Made by a program: the position numbers and the translations under genes. 64,000 nucleotides of DNA from Vicinamibacteria bacterium (GTDB lineage: Bacteria; Acidobacteriota; Vicinamibacteria; Marinacidobacterales; Marinacidobacteraceae). The notes beneath the pieces were generated by a model. That model searched no databases. It was not told the origin of the DNA and saw only the letters and a program-made list of their open reading frames with translations. Below, piece after piece: positions 29,145-38,516 of this stretch. Within the stretch, counting starts at the first letter, position 1. Every line of letters begins with the position of its first letter. The DNA is taken from NCBI GenBank assembly GCA_963422395.1, contig OY729431.1, forward strand, positions 1,888,001-1,952,000, read 5' to 3'.

Positions 29145-30421
29145 GTCGGGATCCCGGGTCGCCGCTCGACCGGATCCTCCCCCGCCGGGGCACCGGATCG
29201 GTGAAGTGGGAGTACCGCGAGCAGGCGGCAGGGCACGCCTCGCGGCTCGAACCGGCAGGCGACTCCGAAGTGATCCCGATGTGGGTCGCGGACATGGATT
29301 TCGCCTGCCCGGAGGCAGTGGTGGAAGCGATCCGGCGGCGGGCCGCGCATCCCATCTTCGGCTACAGCGCCGCGTCTGCCGGCTTCGTCCGCGCCTTCAC
29401 CGACTGGGCGGCCGCCCGCCACGGATTCCAGGTGGATCCCGCATGGGTGGTCCCGACCGAGGGCATCGTCCCCGATCTCGGCCTCATCGTCCGCACCTTC
29501 CTCCGGGAAGGCGAGGGGGTGATCCTCCACCCGCCGGTGTACTACCCGTTCTACGGCGCGGTGCGGCACAACGGGGCGCGGATCGCCCGCTGCCCCCTGT
29601 ACACCGATCGGGGCCCGGGAAACCCGTACCGACTCGACCTCGAACGGTTCGAGCAGCTCGCCCTGCGGCCGGAGAACCGGATGACCTTCCTGTCGAGCCC
29701 CCATAACCCGGTGGGGCGCGTCTGGACGGCAGCGGAGCTCGAGGAAGTCGCGAGGATCGCGGAGCGGGGCGACCTCCTCGTGGTCAGCGACGAGATCCAT
29801 GCCGACCTGCTGCTCGAGGGAGGCGTCTTCACCCCCTGGCTCCGCGCTGCGGCGCGCTCGGCACCGCGTTCCTTCGTCTGTTGGGCGCCCAGCAAGACCT
29901 TCAACCTCGCCGGCCTCAAGGCCTCCGTCCTGGTGATCCCCGACCCGGAGCTACGGGCCCGCTACCGCCGGGCCCGCGACCGCACCGGCGCCTACGGGGT
30001 GAACCCGCTGAGTGCGGCAGCCGCCGAAGCCGCCTGGACCGGCGGGGCTGTCTGGCTCGATCGGGTGCTCCGCTACCTGACCGGGAACGCCCACCGTCTC
30101 CACGCCTTTTTGGAGGAGCGTCCGGAGCTCGGAGTGCGGCCGACCCCGATCGAAGGCACCTACCTCGCCTGGCTCGACTTCCGGCACAGCGGGATTCAGC
30201 CCGCCGCGCTCGAGGCATTCTTGCTGGACGAGGCCCGCCTGCGCCTCGAAGACGGCGCGGTCTTCGGCCCCGAGGGCGCAGGTTTCGCCCGCATGAACAT
30301 CGCCTGCCCGCGACCGCTGCTCGACGAGGCTCTGCACCGGCTCGAAGGCGCGCTGACCAGGAAGACCCGATCGAAGACCCGTACCTCGGCTGGCCGCACG
30401 AAGCCGGCAGCGCAACCCTGA
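29141..30421 (+). CDS. MalY/PatB family PLP-dependent C-S lyase/aminotransferase
   Basis: SVKW, PMWVADMDF, HPIFGY, SPHNPVGRVW, SDEIHADL, PSKTFNLAGL, RMNIACPR. Confidence 0.92.
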   Translation: MSRDPGSPLDRILPRRGTGSVKWEYREQAAGHASRLEPAGDSEVIPMWVADMDFACPEAVVEAIRRRAAHPIFGYSAASAGFVRAFTDWAAARHGFQVDPAWVVPTEGIVPDLGLIVRTFLREGEGVILHPPVYYPFYGAVRHNGARIARCPLYTDRGPGNPYRLDLERFEQLALRPENRMTFLSSPHNPVGRVWTAAELEEVARIAERGDLLVVSDEIHADLLLEGGVFTPWLRAAARSAPRSFVCWAPSKTFNLAGLKASVLVIPDPELRARYRRARDRTGAYGVNPLSAAAAEAAWTGGAVWLDRVLRYLTGNAHRLHAFLEERPELGVRPTPIEGTYLAWLDFRHSGIQPAALEAFLLDEARLRLEDGAVFGPEGAGFARMNIACPRPLLDEALHRLEGALTRKTRSKTRTSAGRTKPAAQP

Positions 30422-30436
30422 CCGGGCGTTAGATGA

Positions 30437-30452
30437 ACACTACATATAGTGG
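30437..30452. promoter_or_regulatory. NrdR-box-like palindrome
   Basis: ACACTACATATAGTGG versus consensus acaCwAtATaTwGtg. It is AT-rich in GC-rich surroundings, but lies between convergent genes. Confidence 0.4.
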
Positions 30453-30495
30453 TCGATCGCGTCTGGAATCGTTCTGCGGCGCAGACTGCTAGCGC

Positions 30496-33400
30496 TCATC
30501 CGCTCCGGCTCGGGCGCGGCCTTTCGAGAAAGTCGTTCCAGGCGCGGGCGCGCAGGCCGCGCTCCCGGTAGCGCACCAGCGCGGTCACCACATGGCGGGC
30601 GAGCGAAGGGTCGGTGAGCAGGGGGACGCCCCGATCCACCGCCCGCCGCCGCACCAGATAACCGTCGGGGCGCCCCTCGGGGTCGAACGCCACCGGCACA
30701 TTCACCACCAGATCCACCGCGCCGGAGTCGATCAGGTCGAGAGCACTCAGGGGGCTCGGAGCGGGGAAGTCGGGACCGAGATGCCGCTGTTCGAGGCGAA
30801 CCCGGGCGGCCTCGGTGTTCTCGATGCCGTTTTCCCGAAGCACCCGGCTCGTTCCGCGAGTCGCGTAGATCCGGAGGCCGAGATCCTCCGCCATGGTGCG
30901 CGCGGTGCGGAGAAAACGGTGTTTCCAGCGCGGCGGGCCGAGCGAGAGCAGCACCCCCTTCTTCGGGGGGCGAAATCCGGTGGCGAGCAGTCCGTGGAGG
31001 AGCGCCTCGTGGAAGGAGTCGCCGAGGCAGCCCACTTCGCCGGTGCTCGCCATCTCGACACCCAGCAGCGGGTCCGCACCGGCGAGGCGGGAGAAGGAGA
31101 ACTGCGGCACCTTGACCCCGACATGTTCGAGGTCGTAGAGCGGCCGGTGTTCGATCCCCGGATCCTCGCCGAGCATGATCCGGGTCGCCGCCTTCGCGTA
31201 GTTGCGCCCGGTCACCTTGGACACGAAGGGAAGACTCCGCGACGCCCGGAGGTTGCATTCGATCACCTTGACGATCCCGTCGCGGTGGAGTAGCTGGATG
31301 TTGCAGGGGCCGGTAACCGACAGGTGGCGGGCGATCTGCTCTGCGATCCGCCGCACCTGCCCCAGCGTCGGAATCGTCATGTCCACCGGGGGCAGCACCA
31401 GGGTGGCGTCTCCGCTGTGGACGCCGGCGTCCTCCACATGCTCGCTCACCGCCCAGAGCACGACTTCCCCGCGGTTCGCCACCAGATCGATCTCGATCTC
31501 CCGCGCGTCCTCCTCGAAACGCGAGATGACGACGGGGTACTCGGGAGAGATCTCCTTCGCCTTGCGGAGGATGCGGCTCAGCTCGTGGTGTTCGTGGGCT
31601 ACCGACATGGCGGCGCCGCTCAGCACATAACTCGGCCGCACCAGAACCGGGAATCCACCGAGCCGCTCCACGATGCGTTCGGCGTCCCCCGCGTCGGTCA
31701 CCTGCGCCCACTTCGGCTGATCCACGCCGATCCGGTCGAGGAGCGCACTGAACTTGTTCCGATCCTCCGCTCGATCGATGTCTCGGGCGGAGGTCCCGAG
31801 GATCGGCACTCCCGCGGCGTGGAGCCGCATCGCCAGCCGGTTCGGAATCTGCCCCCCCATGCTCACCACCACCCCGTCGGGCTCTTCCTTCTCCACCAGA
31901 TCGAGCACCGATTCGACGCTCACTTCATCGAAGACGAGCTTGTCGCAGATGTCGTAGTCGGTGCTCACCGTCTCGGGGTTGTAGTTGAGCATCGAGGTCT
32001 CGCAGCCGAGCTCGGCCGCCGCCTGGACCGCGTTCACGCAGCACCAGTCGAACTCCACCGAGGACCCGATCCGATAGACGCCCGAGCCGATCACCAGGAT
32101 GCGGCGCCGACCCTTCCCGGCGCGGCGGCCCACGGCTTCGTCGCGGCTCGCGTGGTAGGTGGAATACAGATAGTTCGTCTCTGCCGGGAACTCCGCCGCC
32201 AGCGTGTCGATGCGGGCGATCGAGGGTCCGATTCCCGCCGCCTGCCGCGCCTCCCGGACCCGGCCGCGGGGCTGGCCGGTCAACGCCTCGAGCGCCTCGT
32301 CCGAAAAACCCTGCCGCTTCGCTTCGAGGAGCCGCGCCTCCGGGATCGGCCAGCCGCCGCGCTCCACCTCGGCCTCGGTGCGCATCGTCTCCGCGACCCC
32401 GCCGAGAAACCAGGGGTCGATCCGGGTCAGGCGGTGGATCCGGGCCACCTCCTCCCCTACCCGCCCCTCGTCCACCGCGCGCCGGAGCGCCTGAGCGAGC
32501 GCGAACACCCGTCGGGGGGTGGCGTTTCGCAGTTCGTCCTCGAGGTCGTCGAAGGAAAAGGCCCGGGACTCGAGGCCGCGGATCCCGATGTCGAGCATCC
32601 GGAGCGCCTTTTGGAGCACTTCGGGGAAGGTCCGGCCGATGGCCATCACTTCTCCGACGCTCTTCATCTCGCTGCCGATGCGGGTTCCAGCCTCCTGGAA
32701 CTTGCCGAGATCCCAGCGCGGGGCCTTCAGCACGAGGTAGTCGAGCGCCGGTTCGAAAAACGCCTTGGTGACCCCGGTGATCGCGTTGTCGAGTTCGGGG
32801 AGGGTGAAGCCGAGCCCGAGCTTGGCTGCCACATAGGCGAGGGGATACCCGGTCGCCTTGCTGGCGAGTGCCGAGGAGCGAGAGAGCCGGGCGTTCACCT
32901 CGATGACCCGGTATTCGGGCCGGGAGGGGCTGAGCGCGAACTGCACATTGCATTCGCCGACGATCCCCAGATGCTGGATCGTGCGGATGGAGACCGTCCG
33001 GAGCAGCTGGTATTCCTCGTCGTCGAGCGTCTGCGAGGGCGCCACCACGATGGATTCGCCGGTGTGGATCCCCATGGGGTCCATGTTTTCCATGTTGCAG
33101 ACGGTGATGCAGTCGTTCGCCCGGTCGCGGACCACCTCGTACTCGATCTCTTTCCAGCCCCGCAGCGATTCCTCCACGAGGACCTGCGCGCCCTCCGCGT
33201 CGTGGGCACCGAAGATCCGGGTCAGGGCGGCGTCGAGCTCCGCTTCGGTCTCGACGATGGCGCTGCCGCGTCCGCCGAGGGCGAAGCCGACCCGGAGCAT
33301 GAGCGGCAGACCGATCGCGGAAGCCGCTTCGAGCGCCGCTTCCCGGCTCCGACAGGCGGTACTCTTCGCGGTGCGGACCCCGATCTCGGCCAGCCGGGCG

Positions 33401-33795
33401 TTGAATCGTCCGCGGTCCTCGGTATCCCGGATACTGCGCAAGGGGGTGCCGAGCACTTCGATCCCGGCTTCCTCGAACCACGCTTCGAGCGCCAGTCCGC
33501 AGTTGAGCGCGGTCTGGCCGCCGAACGAGAGTAGGACGCCCTCCACCTCTTCGTCCGCAGCGATCTGCCGCACGAGATCCGGAGTGACCGCGTTCAGATA
33601 GAGCCGGTCTGCCATCCCCTCGCTGGTCTGGACAGTGGCGATGTTGGGGTTCACCAGGACGGTGCGGACTCCCTCCTCGCGGAGCGCCTTGATCGCCTGG
33701 GACCCCGAGTAGTCGAACTCTCCGGCCTGCCCGATCTGGAGCGCTCCCGAACCGAGGACGATCACCGAACCCGGCCGTGCAGACGCCCCGCTCAT
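30496..33795 (-). CDS. carB: Carbamoyl-phosphate synthase large subunit
   Basis: IGQAGEFDYSG, NPNIAT, GIHTGES, IEVNARLSRSSALASKATGYP, NYNPETVSTDYD, RPSYVLSG, MGS domain. Confidence 0.96.
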   Translation of the reverse strand: MSGASARPGSVIVLGSGALQIGQAGEFDYSGSQAIKALREEGVRTVLVNPNIATVQTSEGMADRLYLNAVTPDLVRQIAADEEVEGVLLSFGGQTALNCGLALEAWFEEAGIEVLGTPLRSIRDTEDRGRFNARLAEIGVRTAKSTACRSREAALEAASAIGLPLMLRVGFALGGRGSAIVETEAELDAALTRIFGAHDAEGAQVLVEESLRGWKEIEYEVVRDRANDCITVCNMENMDPMGIHTGESIVVAPSQTLDDEEYQLLRTVSIRTIQHLGIVGECNVQFALSPSRPEYRVIEVNARLSRSSALASKATGYPLAYVAAKLGLGFTLPELDNAITGVTKAFFEPALDYLVLKAPRWDLGKFQEAGTRIGSEMKSVGEVMAIGRTFPEVLQKALRMLDIGIRGLESRAFSFDDLEDELRNATPRRVFALAQALRRAVDEGRVGEEVARIHRLTRIDPWFLGGVAETMRTEAEVERGGWPIPEARLLEAKRQGFSDEALEALTGQPRGRVREARQAAGIGPSIARIDTLAAEFPAETNYLYSTYHASRDEAVGRRAGKGRRRILVIGSGVYRIGSSVEFDWCCVNAVQAAAELGCETSMLNYNPETVSTDYDICDKLVFDEVSVESVLDLVEKEEPDGVVVSMGGQIPNRLAMRLHAAGVPILGTSARDIDRAEDRNKFSALLDRIGVDQPKWAQVTDAGDAERIVERLGGFPVLVRPSYVLSGAAMSVAHEHHELSRILRKAKEISPEYPVVISRFEEDAREIEIDLVANRGEVVLWAVSEHVEDAGVHSGDATLVLPPVDMTIPTLGQVRRIAEQIARHLSVTGPCNIQLLHRDGIVKVIECNLRASRSLPFVSKVTGRNYAKAATRIMLGEDPGIEHRPLYDLEHVGVKVPQFSFSRLAGADPLLGVEMASTGEVGCLGDSFHEALLHGLLATGFRPPKKGVLLSLGPPRWKHRFLRTARTMAEDLGLRIYATRGTSRVLRENGIENTEAARVRLEQRHLGPDFPAPSPLSALDLIDSGAVDLVVNVPVAFDPEGRPDGYLVRRRAVDRGVPLLTDPSLARHVVTALVRYRERGLRARAWNDFLERPRPSRSG

Positions 33796-34946
33796 CGCCG
33801 CCGGCACTCCTCCAGGAACTCGTCGAAGAGAAACCCGGTGTCCTCGGGCCCGGGATGCGCCTCGGGGTGGAACTGAATGCTCCGGAACGGCCGTTCGAGC
33901 GAGCGGATCCCCTCGTTCGTGCCGTCGTTGAGGTTTTGGAACCACGGCGCCCAGCCTTCGGGAAGACGCGCCTCGTCCACCGCATAGCCGTGGTTCTGGC
34001 TGGTGATGAACGAGCGCCCGCTTACGAGGTCGCGCACCGGCTGGTTCACCCCGCGGTGCCCGTAGGGCAGCTTGAAGGTCGCCGCGCCCGCAGCCAGCGC
34101 GAGGAGCTGATTGCCCAGGCACACACCGAAGACGGGTCCTTCGAACCACCCCAGGACCCCCCGCAGTTCGGCGGCGAGCTCTCCGAGATCCCCGGGATTC
34201 CCGGGACCGTTGCCGAGCACGATGCCGGCTGCGGTCCGCGCCGCTCTCGCGAACGGCCGGAGCCCGGAAACGCGGCGGACCCGCGCGCCCCGGGAAACCA
34301 GCGAGCGGACGATGTTGTCCTTGGCGCCCACATCCACGAGGAGCACCTCGGGGCCGTCCTCAGGGCCGTAGCAGACCGCCGTTTTCGGCACGACCCGTTC
34401 GAAGACCTCGCGGCGCATCTCGACGCCCTCGGCGCGCTCGAACGCTTCCTCGAAACCCGAACCGGCAGAGGAATCGAGAGCGGCAGGGGAGAGCACCCCG
34501 CGCATCGTTCCCGCTTCCCGAAGCCGCATCGTCAGCATCCGGGTATCCACTCCCTCCACCGCCGGGACCCCCTCGGCCCGGAGCCAGTCTCCGAGCGAAC
34601 GAACTCCAGCGTGATGGCTGAACCGCGGCTCGTGCCGCTGCACCACGAGTCCCTGCACCTGGATGCAGCCCGACTCGAAGGGTCCGGAGATCGAACCCTC
34701 GGGGCGGTCCGGAGGAACTCCGTAGTTACCCTGGAGCGGATAGGTCAGGACCAGGAGCTGCCCGCGGTAGGAAGGATCGGTCAGCGCCTCCACATACCCC
34801 GACATCCCGGTGTTGAAAACCACTTCACCCCGGACTGCGAGGCCGCCGGCAGCTCCGAAAGAACGGCCCGGGAATTCGCTCCCGTCCTCTAGGCGAAGTG
34901 TCATCCCGCCGCCGCCAGCGGGCAGAGTTTCCGGTTCCGAACGCAA
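33792..34946 (-). CDS. carA: Carbamoyl-phosphate synthase small subunit
   Basis: GEVVFNTGMSGY..LTDPSYRGQ, NGPGNP, GVCLGNQL, SQNHGYAVD, QFHPE. Alternative start at 34904. Confidence 0.95.
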   Translation of the reverse strand: MRSEPETLPAGGGGMTLRLEDGSEFPGRSFGAAGGLAVRGEVVFNTGMSGYVEALTDPSYRGQLLVLTYPLQGNYGVPPDRPEGSISGPFESGCIQVQGLVVQRHEPRFSHHAGVRSLGDWLRAEGVPAVEGVDTRMLTMRLREAGTMRGVLSPAALDSSAGSGFEEAFERAEGVEMRREVFERVVPKTAVCYGPEDGPEVLLVDVGAKDNIVRSLVSRGARVRRVSGLRPFARAARTAAGIVLGNGPGNPGDLGELAAELRGVLGWFEGPVFGVCLGNQLLALAAGAATFKLPYGHRGVNQPVRDLVSGRSFITSQNHGYAVDEARLPEGWAPWFQNLNDGTNEGIRSLERPFRSIQFHPEAHPGPEDTGFLFDEFLEECRRR

Positions 34947-34961
34947 AACCGAACGGAAATC

Positions 34962-35966
34962 CTAGCAGCTGAGCGGTTCGGGGGCGGGGCGGAATGCCAG
35001 GTTCAGGTTGCACCTCGTAACCCCTCGGGACGAGCGGGATGCCCCGCCCCCGAACCGCCCGGCGCTCCGCGCCGCGAATCGCACTCCTGTCGCTCAGAAC
35101 CAGTCCCCCAGACTCGATCCGCGGTCAGACCGGATCGGGCGGCAGCGAGTCCGATTCGAAATCACCATGCTGTGAACGGGGGTGAACCCCCTTTCACACT
35201 TTCCCCCGCTGCGACGCTCCCGAAGCACCGCTTCGGTCGCAACCGGTGTTTTCCCGGCCGCGGGCGAGGCTCGCAGCTCTCTCGGGCGGGGCGGAATGCC
35301 AGGTTCAGGTTGCACCTCGTAACCCCGTGGGACGAGCGGGATGCCCCGCCCCCGAACCGCCCGGCGCTCCGCGCCGCGAATCGCACTCCTGCCGCTCAGA
35401 ACCAGTCCCCCAGACTCGATCCGCGGTCAGACCGGATCAGGCGGCAGCGAGTCCGATTCGAAATCACCATCCTGTGAACGGGGGTGAACCCCCTTTCACA
35501 CTTTCCCCCGCTGCGACGCGCCCGAAGCTCCGCTTCGGGCGCAACCGGTGTTTTCCCCGGCCGCGGCGAGGCTCGCAGCTCTCTCGGGCGGGGCGAATCC
35601 CAAGTTCAGGTTGCGCCTCGCAACCCCGTGGGACCAGCGAGACGCCCCGCCCCCGAACCGCCCGGCGCTCCGCGCCGCGAATCGCACTCCTGCCGCTCAG
35701 AACCAGTCCCCCAGACTCGATCCGCGGTCAGACCGGATCAGGCGGCAGCGAGTCCGATTCGAAATCACCATCCTGTGAACGGGGGTGAAACCCCTTTCAC
35801 ACTTTCCCCCACTGCGACGCTCCCGAAGCACCGCTTCGGTCGCAACCGGTGTTTTCCCCGGCCGCGGCGAGGCTCGCAGCTCTCTCGGGCGGGGCGAATC
35901 CCAAGTTCAGGTTGCGCCTCGCAACCCCGTGGGACCAGCGAGACGCCCCGCCCCCGAACCGCCCGG
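34962..35966. repeat. Tandem array of ~3.3 x 302-bp hairpin-rich unit
   Basis: Units start at 34982, 35284, 35586 and 35887 (periods 302/302/301). The array is preceded by CTAGCAG, like the dispersed elements. Confidence 0.95.
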
Positions 35967-35988
35967 TCCCCAATGCCTGTTCGAGTTG

Positions 35989-36018
35989 TTGACAACCGGT
36001 CGGACGCCGGCTTAGTAT
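35989..36018 (+). promoter_or_regulatory. Putative sigma70 promoter of rpsA
   Basis: TTGACA (35989)-N18-TAGTAT (36013), immediately after the array. Confidence 0.55.
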
Positions 36019-36168
36019 CTGTCGCTTCCCCGCGGCGTTCGCATACGGCTCTTCGGCCCGATGGGGCAGCCGAGCGGGGCAGAGGGGTGTGTCGAGGGTG
36101 GTGGCCGGGTTGGCCGCTCCCACTTCCCCCGCGTAGAGCGAGGTTTTCCCAAGTTCATGAGAGAGGGT

Positions 36169-38040
36169 ATGCCCGAAACCGATGATGGAGTGGCCGTAGC
36201 CACGGCCGAGAATGATCTTCCCGCAAAGATGCTGGGGGTGGCGCTCACAGAGGAAGGAGCAGAAGAAGAAGCCCTCGCCGGACGATCTTCCGGCGAGGGT
36301 GCCCCGGAGGTCGGGGACAGCGCCTCGGCCATGGGCGGGGACGGCGACGGTGACTCCCTCCCCATGACTGCCGCTGCCGCTGAGGACGGCAACGGGACGG
36401 CCGATGCAGCCGCCGAGGACGCAGCCGAGTTCGAGGCTTTTCTCGATCGGGACGACATCCAGCTCGTCGAGGGCGACATCGTGCCCGGCTCCGTCTTGCA
36501 GATGATCGGTTCCGATGTGATCGTCGATGTCGGCTACAAGTCCGAGGGGATCCTCTCGGTGGACGAGTTCCGGGATGTGGACGGAAATGTCCGGGTGCGC
36601 GAGGGCGACGAGATCGATGTCCTGGTACAGCGCATCGACAACCGTCGCGGCCATCTGGTGCTGTCTCACCGCAAGGCAGAGAAGATGAAGGTCTGGAACC
36701 AGATCGAGGATGCCTTCGAGAGTCAGACCACGGTGCGCGGAAGAGTGGTGGAGCGGATCCGCGGCGGCCTCGAAGTGGAGATCGGCGAGATCGGCGTCCG
36801 CGGTTTCCTGCCCGGCTCGCAGGTGGACCTGCGCCCGGTGCGCAACCTCGGAAGCTACAAGGGCCGGGAGCTCGACCTGCGGGTCATCAAGCTGAACAAA
36901 CGCCGAGGAAACATCGTGCTGTCACGGCGGGTGGTGCTCGAGGAAGAGAAGACGAAGACCCTCGCGGCACTCGAGGTCAACCGGGTGTTCCGCGGTGAAG
37001 TGCGCGACCTGACCGAGTACGGAGCCTTCGTGGATATCGGCGGAATCTGCGGCCTCCTCCATATCCGCGAGATGTCCTTCCGGCGGCTCGAACACCCCTC
37101 CGAACTGATGAAGGTAGGGGACCAGATCGAAGTGGTCATCCTCCGCTTCGACGCCGAAGCCGAGCGGGTCTCCCTCGGGTACAAGCAGCTGAACGCGGAC
37201 CCCTGGTCCACCGCGCATGAGCGTTACACGGTCGGGACGCGGGTTCGCGGCAGGGTGGTCAGCCTCACCGACTACGGCGCCTTCATCGAGATGGAACCGG
37301 GAGTCGAGGGGCTCATCCATGTGAGCGAGATGAGCTGGAGTAGCCGGACGAAACACCCATCCAAGATCCTCACCAAAGGGGATTTCGTGGAGGCCATGGT
37401 GCTTCGGGTGGACTTCAAGGCGCGCCGCATCAGTCTCGGACTCAAGCAAGTCGAGCCGAATCCCTGGCCGAGGCTGGCCGAGCATTACCCGATCGGCTCG
37501 CGCTTGAAGGGGACAGTCCGCAAATTCACCGACTTCGGCGCCTTCATCGAAGTGGACAACTCGATCGACGGTCTCATCCATATTTCCGATCTGAGCTGGA
37601 ACAAGCGGATCAACCATCCGTCGGATGTCCTCGAACTGGCGCAGGAAGTAGAGGCCGTGGTCCTCAGCATCGATCCCGAAAACCGGCGCCTCTCGCTCGG
37701 TCTGAAACAGCTCTCGGACGACGCTTGGGAGGGCTTCTTCACCCGGCACCAGGAGGGAGACCTCGTGGACGGCACCGTGATCCGCTTTGCGGACTTCGGC
37801 GCCTTCGTCCAGATCGAAGAGGGGATCGAGGGGCTGCTCCGACTGAACGACATCGCCGAACCCCCTCCGGCGAAGGTCGAGGACCAACTGCAGCTCGGGC
37901 AGCCGCTCAAGCTCCGCATCGTGCGGCTCAGCCGGGACGATCGGAAGGTGGGGCTGTCGCTCAAGGCAGCCGGAGATTCCTTCCAGGGGAGCTCTGGCTC
38001 CGAAGCCTCGGTGAAAATCGGAGATATCTGGAAGCGGTGA
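36169..38040 (+). CDS. rpsA: 30S ribosomal protein S1
   Basis: VDVGYKSEG, FLPGSQVD, repeated S1 domains (DYGAFI..GVEGLIHVSE..RISLGLKQ). ATG preceded by GAGAGGG; acidic N-terminal extension. Confidence 0.95.
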   Translation: MPETDDGVAVATAENDLPAKMLGVALTEEGAEEEALAGRSSGEGAPEVGDSASAMGGDGDGDSLPMTAAAAEDGNGTADAAAEDAAEFEAFLDRDDIQLVEGDIVPGSVLQMIGSDVIVDVGYKSEGILSVDEFRDVDGNVRVREGDEIDVLVQRIDNRRGHLVLSHRKAEKMKVWNQIEDAFESQTTVRGRVVERIRGGLEVEIGEIGVRGFLPGSQVDLRPVRNLGSYKGRELDLRVIKLNKRRGNIVLSRRVVLEEEKTKTLAALEVNRVFRGEVRDLTEYGAFVDIGGICGLLHIREMSFRRLEHPSELMKVGDQIEVVILRFDAEAERVSLGYKQLNADPWSTAHERYTVGTRVRGRVVSLTDYGAFIEMEPGVEGLIHVSEMSWSSRTKHPSKILTKGDFVEAMVLRVDFKARRISLGLKQVEPNPWPRLAEHYPIGSRLKGTVRKFTDFGAFIEVDNSIDGLIHISDLSWNKRINHPSDVLELAQEVEAVVLSIDPENRRLSLGLKQLSDDAWEGFFTRHQEGDLVDGTVIRFADFGAFVQIEEGIEGLLRLNDIAEPPPAKVEDQLQLGQPLKLRIVRLSRDDRKVGLSLKAAGDSFQGSSGSEASVKIGDIWKR

Positions 38041-38411
38041 GCAAAGCGGCGATGACCCGGGCCGGGCTCGCCGAGCAGGTCTCCCGGGCTTCCGGGGTCA
38101 CCGGACGGGAAGCCAGCATCATCATCGACACGGTGTTCGAAGCCATCTCCGGCGCGCTTCGTTCGGGGGAGGAAGTCGAAATCCGAGGATTCGGCAGTTT
38201 CCGGTTGCGCGACCGGAGAGCGCGCCGCACCCGCAACCCGAGAACCGGCGAATCGATCCTGATCCCCCCCAAGCGGGTCGCCTTCTTTCGTGCCGGCAGG
38301 TTGCTGCGCGAACGCCTCGACCGGGCCGACCAGGAGGCCTCGCCGGCAGACCCGGACGAGCACCGCGCCGCCCGGGACGGCGGCGGTGAAACGCCGACGA
38401 CCGACGGGTAG
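38037..38411 (+). CDS. ihfB: Integration host factor beta / HU family protein
   Basis: MTRAGLAEQV...VEIRGFGSF...RNPRTGE; follows rpsA. Confidence 0.88.
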   Translation: MSKAAMTRAGLAEQVSRASGVTGREASIIIDTVFEAISGALRSGEEVEIRGFGSFRLRDRRARRTRNPRTGESILIPPKRVAFFRAGRLLRERLDRADQEASPADPDEHRAARDGGGETPTTDG

Positions 38412-38460
38412 CAGTCCGTTTCCGCAGTCACACGGCAGCCGACCGGCGATGCATCTCGGC
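38409..38460 (-). repeat. Truncated modular repeat element E7
   Basis: TAGCAGTCCGTTTCCGCAGTCACACGGCAGCCGACCGGCGATGC matches the start of E9 and the reverse complement of the E8 right end. Its TAG is the ihfB stop. Confidence 0.75.
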
Positions 38461-38516
38461 GCAGCCGGTTCGCCGCTGGCGGCGAGAGCCCGCGGACGCG
38501 CGCCGAAGGCGCGGCG

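Noticed and set aside
34962-35966. CRISPR array or coding repeat
   Set aside because: Units are 302 bp, nearly identical throughout, with no unique spacers and no cas genes. The period is not a multiple of 3 and the ORFs shift frame between units.
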